From the NCBI GenBank assembly GCA_043813605.1, contig JBDRKX010000078.1:1-24579 (forward strand): DNA of 24,579 bases. Reading direction: 5' to 3'. The number at the start of each line of letters is the position of its first letter. Within the stretch, counting starts at the first letter, position 1. The notes below the pieces were generated by a model that saw only the letters and a program-made list of their open reading frames with translations, was not told the DNA's origin and did no database searches. Shown piece after piece: positions 19,306 through 24,579 of the stretch. The stretch is from Elusimicrobiota bacterium (GTDB taxonomy: Bacteria; CG03; SLGR01; JBDRKX01). Position numbers and translations under genes: made by a program.

Positions 19306-20426
19306 GTCAGATTTTTTTCAAATATCCTGTATGTTTTATAAACAGTTCCCCCGGCTTTTTCAATTGAATTTCTCATCAATACATTATCTTCCAGTACCCA
19401 GGACATTTCACCCCATTCCCAGCCAGCCTCACGAGCTGCATGCAAAGTGACATTAAACAGCATCGGCTCTATCCCTTTATTCCGGAATTCCTTAACCACG
19501 CCCAGAATAAGCAACCTGCCGGATTTGACCTTCTTAATATAATACAATAATTTTAGTAAGCCGAATGGGAATAACTTACCGTTTCTGATTTTGATTAAAG
19601 CTTCATTGGCATTCGGAAGACACACTGAGAGCCCTACAGGATTATTGTCATACATGACAAAAAAACAAAATTTTGGGTCGACTATAGCTTTCAGTTCTTT
19701 TGCCATATGATCAAATTCCTCGTCTGTCATAGGAACAAATCCCCAGTTCTGTTCCCAGGCATTATTGTATATCTTCTTCAAAATCTTCACTTCATCCCAG
19801 TATGCTTTTATATTAAGATTTCTTATACTTATCTTCTGTTTCTTTTTAGCATACTCTATTATTTTCAATATCCTTTCAGGAAATACATGTTCAGTTAACA
19901 TCTTGTATGCAAAAACATCTTTTGCTTTTTCAAACCCGTATTTTTCCAGAAAAGTCTTATAATAAGGCGGGTTATAAGGCATTAAAAGCATCGGGGATTC
20001 ATTAAAATTATCTATTAAGGTACCCCAATCATCATTAGAAGAAAAATTAGCCGGTCCGCGCAAAGTATCCATGCCCTTTGATTTAACCCAATCGGCAACC
20101 CTATCAATTAAAGATTCCGCTACTTCATAATCCTGAAAAGTCTCAAAAAAACCAAAGAAACCTGTTTTTTCATTGCAAGCTTTGTTATGGTTATTATTGA
20201 TGATTCCAACTATCCTTCCAACTATTTTATCGTCTTTATAGGCTAAAAACGGCTGGATTTGGGAGTGCAGAAAAAAAGGATTTGCTTTTAAACTGAATTT
20301 GGCTTTCATATCCATAATCAATGGCGGCACCCAGCTTTTATCTCCTTTGTAGACTTTCCACTGAAATTTTATGAACCTCATCAGGTCCTCTTGTGATGCA
20401 ATATCGAATGGCTTTACTTCTATCAT
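19302..20426 (-). CDS. GNAT-family N-acyltransferase, bacterial ceramide synthase (bCerS/YghO)-like
   Basis: Motifs FIKFQWKVY..WVPPL, NPFF, VGRI, GFFGFFE, LRGP, MPYNPPYY, YNNAWEQNWGFVPMT and EMSWVLEDN; directly downstream of the SPT-like gene. Confidence 0.8.
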   Translation of the reverse strand: MIEVKPFDIASQEDLMRFIKFQWKVYKGDKSWVPPLIMDMKAKFSLKANPFFLHSQIQPFLAYKDDKIVGRIVGIINNNHNKACNEKTGFFGFFETFQDYEVAESLIDRVADWVKSKGMDTLRGPANFSSNDDWGTLIDNFNESPMLLMPYNPPYYKTFLEKYGFEKAKDVFAYKMLTEHVFPERILKIIEYAKKKQKISIRNLNIKAYWDEVKILKKIYNNAWEQNWGFVPMTDEEFDHMAKELKAIVDPKFCFFVMYDNNPVGLSVCLPNANEALIKIRNGKLFPFGLLKLLYYIKKVKSGRLLILGVVKEFRNKGIEPMLFNVTLHAAREAGWEWGEMSWVLEDNVLMRNSIEKAGGTVYKTYRIFEKNLT

Positions 20427-20454
20427 ATATCAACCTCCGGCAAAAGCCCAATCA

Positions 20455-21726
20455 TCATCTTAGTCGCCATACATGTTTCATCCATTTTCTGAGTCTCTTC
20501 CTGACAGTTTCAGGCTGACCGGCCATTTCTTTAGGCTCTCCCGGGATGACAGCCAGCATCCTGCCGACTTCAGCAAAGACTTCGAGCGCCATATCAATAT
20601 GCCTTTGACTTAAAGTTGCCATAACCGAAACTCTTAGCAGTGCGCGGTCTTCCGGTACGGCAGGCGATGCTACCGGAGTAGTAAATATCCCCCTGTCAAA
20701 AAGCAGACGCCACATCTGAAATGCTTTGATCGTGTCGCCTATTATAAGCGGTATAATAGGCGTATTACTCTCGCCGGTATTATATCCCATTTCCTTAAAA
20801 CCTTTTCTCAGTTTTTTCGTATTTGTCCATAAAGACTTTATTCTTTCCGGCTCCTTTTCGATTATATTCATCGCAGCCAGGACTGATGCGACATTCCCGG
20901 GTGCGGGAGAAGCAGAAAATATCAGTGCCCTGGCATTGTGTTTCAGGTAATGTATTACATCTTCGTCCGCCGCGACAAAACCTCCTATGGATGCAAAAGC
21001 TTTTGAGAATGTACCTACGATGATATCAACCTTATCCTCAAGCCCGAAATGCTCGGCTGTTCCCCTTCCATGTTTTCCCATGACACCTATCCCGTGAGCA
21101 TCATCAACCATAACCTTGGCATTATATTTTTCAGCAAGTTTCACTATACCCGGCAGATCAGCAAGGTCCCCTTCCATACTGAATACACCATCCACTACAA
21201 TGAGCTTGCCTTTTTCTATATCGCATTTTTTAAGCTCTCTTTCCAGGTCATTCATATCATTATGCCTGTATCTTCTCATCTTCCCGAAAGACAGCCTGCA
21301 ACCGTCGATAATCGAAGCATGATCGTATTTGTCCGTGATTATCGTATCATCTCTTCCAACCAGGGCACTGATAACACCAAGATTAACCTGCATTCCTGTC
21401 GTAAAGAGTAGAGCCGCCGGCTTTCTGACGAATTTAGCCAGCCTCTCTTCAAGTTCAACATGCATTTCAAGAGTCCCGTTCAGAAACCTTGATCCTACAC
21501 ATCCCACTCCGAATTTCTCCGTTGCATTAATAGCTGCTTTTTTTACAGCAGAATTTGATGTAAGGCCAAGATAATTGTTCGAACCCAGCATCAACATCTT
21601 CCTGCCTTCAACGGTTACGACAGGATCCTGGCCTGTTTCTACTATATGAAAATATGGATAGCATCCCAGTGCCATAACCTCTTTTGCTGTTGTAAAATTC
21701 CTGCACTTATCAAAAAGATCCGCCAT
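20455..21726 (-). CDS. PLP-dependent alpha-oxoamine synthase, probably serine palmitoyltransferase (AONS/KBL family)
   Basis: YPYF, GSNNYLGL, GSRFLNGTL, DHASIIDG, DGVFSMEGD, VDDAHGIG and GTFSKAF (PLP lysine). The family is certain; substrate specificity is inferred from motif style and neighbours. Confidence 0.85.
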   Translation of the reverse strand: MADLFDKCRNFTTAKEVMALGCYPYFHIVETGQDPVVTVEGRKMLMLGSNNYLGLTSNSAVKKAAINATEKFGVGCVGSRFLNGTLEMHVELEERLAKFVRKPAALLFTTGMQVNLGVISALVGRDDTIITDKYDHASIIDGCRLSFGKMRRYRHNDMNDLERELKKCDIEKGKLIVVDGVFSMEGDLADLPGIVKLAEKYNAKVMVDDAHGIGVMGKHGRGTAEHFGLEDKVDIIVGTFSKAFASIGGFVAADEDVIHYLKHNARALIFSASPAPGNVASVLAAMNIIEKEPERIKSLWTNTKKLRKGFKEMGYNTGESNTPIIPLIIGDTIKAFQMWRLLFDRGIFTTPVASPAVPEDRALLRVSVMATLSQRHIDMALEVFAEVGRMLAVIPGEPKEMAGQPETVRKRLRKWMKHVWRLR

Positions 21727-21772
21727 CAGATTTCCCTCCTATTCTTGATGATATCTTTAGTTGAATCTCCGA

Positions 21773-22690
21773 TTACTTGATCAGATTTTCCTTTTTGTAC
21801 CAATCCAATGTCGCTCTAAAACCCGATTCGAGCCCGTATTTCGCTTTTACAGAAGACCCGGGTACGATCCAGTCCCCTGCGAATATTTCCCTTGTCTTGT
21901 CATAACTCAGTTTTGCAGGATGACCCGTCAGTATACCCTTCAGAGTACCTGCTGCACCCATGAGCCTGACCAGGTTACGCGGTAAATTTACCGATCTTAT
22001 CTTTCGTACAAATACTCTCTCCAGAACTTCAATAATATCCTGCCATCTATAATCTGTCCCGTCACTTAAAAAACTCTCTTCACTGATACAAGCATTGATT
22101 ATGCCGTCTACACAGTCATCCACATGAATAAAACTTAATTTACCTGTTCCCGATGCCGGTCTCAAAAAGACACCTTTCTGTGCCAATCTGAATATAGGTA
22201 AAAGATCCATATCCCGCGGTCCGTATACAGCAACAGGCCTTACTATTGAATATGTTTCAATCTTCTTGGCCCACTCTTCTGCCTTATACTTGCTCCTACC
22301 ATAGTGAGAAACGGCACCTTTACCGGATGGGCCCCAGGCTGCCTGTGAAGAAACATAAACAAATCTCTTTATACCGGGATTACATTTGATCACAGCTTCC
22401 ACGAGATTCCTAGCACCGATAGTGTTCACATCGTACAAGGTAGCGCTTTTTACTGCCCTTACTATACCGCCGACATGGTATACTTCATCAACATCCCTCA
22501 CTGCATCAAGCAAAGACTCAGTCCGGCATATATCACCGTATATGATCTCGATATCGCACTGATTGATCCATTTGAGATTTGATGTCCTTCTAACTAAACA
22601 CCTGACATCTTGACCTTTTTCAATGAGCTTCTCTACAAGACAGCTTCCGATAAAACCGTTTGCGCCGGTTACAAGGACTTTCAGAGTCAT
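21773..22690 (-). CDS. NAD(P)-dependent epimerase/dehydratase (extended SDR), candidate 3-keto-sphingolipid or ceramide reductase
   Basis: VLVTGANGFIG Rossmann motif, FVYVSS, YGRSK (YxxxK), RPVAVYGPRD and SFIHVDD. Confidence 0.85.
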   Translation of the reverse strand: MTLKVLVTGANGFIGSCLVEKLIEKGQDVRCLVRRTSNLKWINQCDIEIIYGDICRTESLLDAVRDVDEVYHVGGIVRAVKSATLYDVNTIGARNLVEAVIKCNPGIKRFVYVSSQAAWGPSGKGAVSHYGRSKYKAEEWAKKIETYSIVRPVAVYGPRDMDLLPIFRLAQKGVFLRPASGTGKLSFIHVDDCVDGIINACISEESFLSDGTDYRWQDIIEVLERVFVRKIRSVNLPRNLVRLMGAAGTLKGILTGHPAKLSYDKTREIFAGDWIVPGSSVKAKYGLESGFRATLDWYKKENLIK

Positions 22691-22692
22691 GA

Positions 22693-23259
22693 TTAACCAA
22701 AGAAGTTCAATACAAGCGCAGCTGTAAGCGGTATAGTCAGATTATCATCTACTTTCCAGGGCACAAGCTCTATGCACGCGCTTATAACTGAAGCCGCTAT
22801 TATACCGGCCGCAGGAAAATAAATCACTCCGAAATGCTTTAAAGCGAACATAACCAAAAGAGAAAAAAAGATAAAACCTAATGTACCTTCCAGTGTCTTT
22901 TCGCGGACTATTTTAATCCTGCCAAATCTTTTACCTACAGTAACGGCAGCCATATCTCCGATAGAAAGGCATATTATACCTCCTATGGCAGAAACCGGCT
23001 TGAACAAAATTAAAGTGATTAAACAGCCTCCCAGGAAATATGGGCTGCCGGACATGCCTTTGACTTCTTTCTTCTTTAATCTAATAGGTAATTTTTTTAT
23101 AACCAGCAGATTCAGTTCTTTCCACTGAAGCCTGAAAGGGTCAAATGTCGTTATTATCAGAAAGAGCAGACCGCATGTATATATAGCGATTCTTCTTGAA
23201 AAAACAAGAAGGATAACCGGAAATATTAATCCACCAAGATGATAAAGTTTTCTATACAT
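22693..23259 (-). CDS. CTP-dependent polytopic lipid kinase (Dgk1/phytol/dolichol kinase family)
   Basis: RKLYH, GDMAAVTVGKRFG, KTLEG and DDNLTIP with multiple TM helices. ATG 23259 is preferred because the longer ORF runs into the tRNA-Leu promoter. Confidence 0.82.
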   Translation of the reverse strand: MYRKLYHLGGLIFPVILLVFSRRIAIYTCGLLFLIITTFDPFRLQWKELNLLVIKKLPIRLKKKEVKGMSGSPYFLGGCLITLILFKPVSAIGGIICLSIGDMAAVTVGKRFGRIKIVREKTLEGTLGFIFFSLLVMFALKHFGVIYFPAAGIIAASVISACIELVPWKVDDNLTIPLTAALVLNFFG

Positions 23260-23288
23260 ATGATTTATTCTATCAAAATATAATAGAC

Positions 23289-23317
23289 TTGACAACAGGG
23301 CTAATTCTGCGTAAAAT
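23289..23317 (+). promoter_or_regulatory. Sigma70-type promoter of tRNA-Leu
   Basis: TTGACA-N17-TAAAAT, 10 nt upstream of the tRNA. Confidence 0.78.
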
Positions 23318-23327
23318 CTATTTCATT

Positions 23328-23411
23328 GCCGAAGTGGCGAAACTGGCAGACGCGCACGGTTCAGGACCGTGTGGTTACACCATGTGGGTTCGAATCCCAC
23401 CTTCGGCACCA
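23328..23411 (+). tRNA. tRNA-Leu(CAG)
   Basis: GCCGAAGTGGCGAAACTGGCAGACGCG CACGG TT CAG GA CCGTG, long variable arm, GTGGGTTCGAATCCCAC CTTCGGC A CCA. Confidence 0.96.
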
Positions 23412-23518
23412 CAACTTTTCAATATACACAACTAATAAATATTTTTTTAAGAAGACAAATCGCCACCGTGCCGGTATTGAACCTATAAGAAACAGGCGCA
23501 TACTTTAAGGAAGCCATT

Positions 23519-24070
23519 TTAGTAAGAAATGTTCACTATCTGATTTCTGATCGAATCTCTTATAGGAGCTGACTTGTTTTCACCAAACAGATAACTGGGA
23601 ATCGAGTCAAATTCCACCTCGGTCGCAAGATCAAAAGGAATCATGGAAGGCCTGCCTAAACCGTTCAATATCCTCTCGAATACTGTTATAAGATTATTCA
23701 CCGTACGGCCGTCAAAACAATCAGTACACATATCAGCGAAATGATATTTTTCAGCGCGTGTGAAACCTACTGTATCCGCAATGCGCCGGTAACTGTTGAT
23801 CCTGTCGTTTACAATCCTGACTTCCATACTGAAATCAGCAGGATACATATAAGGAGCAGTCCGGACTTCAGCCTGATCCATAATGTGAGAAGCTCCGGCT
23901 GCATCACGCATCCTGCTTTTGGACAAGCTTCTGACGCAACCTTCTGCCGGGAAGCGCCCGTAATCAACTGTCTCTCCTGCCCATAAACAGCATGCAAATA
24001 AGAACAATTTGAAAGAAGAGATGATAGCAGTTCTTATCAATCGATTAGTAATTACTGTATTTTTTCTCAT
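23519..24070 (-). CDS. Hypothetical protein with a possible signal peptide
   Basis: 183-aa ORF with an AAAGGG SD-like sequence and a basic then hydrophobic N-terminus (FKLFLFACCLWA); no family recognised. Confidence 0.6.
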   Translation of the reverse strand: MRKNTVITNRLIRTAIISSFKLFLFACCLWAGETVDYGRFPAEGCVRSLSKSRMRDAAGASHIMDQAEVRTAPYMYPADFSMEVRIVNDRINSYRRIADTVGFTRAEKYHFADMCTDCFDGRTVNNLITVFERILNGLGRPSMIPFDLATEVEFDSIPSYLFGENKSAPIRDSIRNQIVNISY

Positions 24071-24204
24071 ATCCCTTTAAGTATACCCTCTTATAAACTT
24101 TTTTGATAAATTATATTGTGTAATTGTTAACTGTTTACGGTTGGAATAATTCCTGCAGATTAAAAGAGTACCCTATATTTCCAGAATACCAGGAATACAG
24201 GTTA

Positions 24205-24531
24205 TCAGCTTTCTACATGTCCAAGTTGGAGTTTGTCTTCAAGCCTTATATCTTTAAATATCAGCGCATGCAGCCACACAGCGCCTTTTTCTTCCAGTCT
24301 TACTACTTCAGCCGTGGCGTTCTCAATCAATATCCTGATCTTCATAGACTCCCTCTGGAGTATATTACAGATTATTTTTGTCCCGACTTCCATAGGATCG
24401 GAAATCATTATTACAAAACCTTCAGGACTAACATTTGAAACCTCACCCCTGTGTATAAGACGGCTCCTGTCATCAAAAACGTCCGCCACAGCATTTATTT
24501 CATTCCTGATATATTTCCTTCTGTCTTTCAT
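24205..24531 (-). CDS. PilZ domain protein (c-di-GMP receptor family)
   Basis: RxxxR (RRKYIR) and NxSxxG (NVSPEG) motifs followed by beta strands (AEVVR); GGGAGG SD. Confidence 0.8.
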   Translation of the reverse strand: MKDRRKYIRNEINAVADVFDDRSRLIHRGEVSNVSPEGFVIMISDPMEVGTKIICNILQRESMKIRILIENATAEVVRLEEKGAVWLHALIFKDIRLEDKLQLGHVES

Positions 24532-24579
24532 GTCCAGAATTGCCTCCCTGGTAGCATTATTTTTTTTTCTGTTGTTCTA

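Noticed and set aside
19302..20426. GNAT gene appears more AT-rich than neighbours (possible horizontal acquisition)
   Set aside because: Only spot-checked by eye, variable along the gene, and partly explained by a Lys/Phe/Ile/Asn-rich protein; it needs a proper GC3 calculation.
23326..23508. 60-aa + strand ORF
   Set aside because: It overlaps tRNA-Leu; spurious.
23412..24579. Genomic island integrated at the tRNA-Leu 3' end, including a T-loop-like GGTTCAATACC at about 23473-23483 (-)
   Set aside because: No integrase and no duplicated tRNA 3' end in the window; the T-loop-like sequence lacks a full T stem and cloverleaf.

Overview
This is a bacterial core-genome window, almost entirely on the minus strand. 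It is diderm-like, since DnaK carries the N-terminal diderm insert; the lineage cannot be determined here, although the RpoD style is reminiscent of Elusimicrobiota. Reading right to left: a PilZ protein, a hypothetical exported protein, tRNA-Leu(CAG) on the + strand, and a four-gene lipid operon that looks like a bacterial ceramide pathway (CTP-dependent lipid kinase, extended SDR, serine-palmitoyltransferase-like alpha-oxoamine synthase, bCerS-like GNAT). Next come grpE-dnaK-dnaJ-rsmE-mtaB-HIT-rpsU, a ~370-nt hairpin-rich non-coding gap and a NIF3-like gene. These are followed by a coupled trio (1142-aa repetitive coiled coil, receiver domain, TPR-TM-HEAT protein), dnaG-rpoD, tRNA-Ile2(CAT), tRNA-Val(CAC), a zinc-ribbon protein, RNase HI, RNase P RNA, a HAMP membrane protein and a non-coding left end with a 77-bp direct repeat. 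Four features stand out: (1) a ~260-nt RNase P RNA with an intact catalytic core but apparently no P8, P9, P13, P14, P18 or P19; (2) the candidate sphingolipid operon with a CTP-type kinase; (3) a candidate unrecognised structured RNA between rpsU and the NIF3-like gene; (4) the coiled-coil/receiver/TPR-HEAT module. All calls come from reading motifs by eye; no database searches or folding programs were run.
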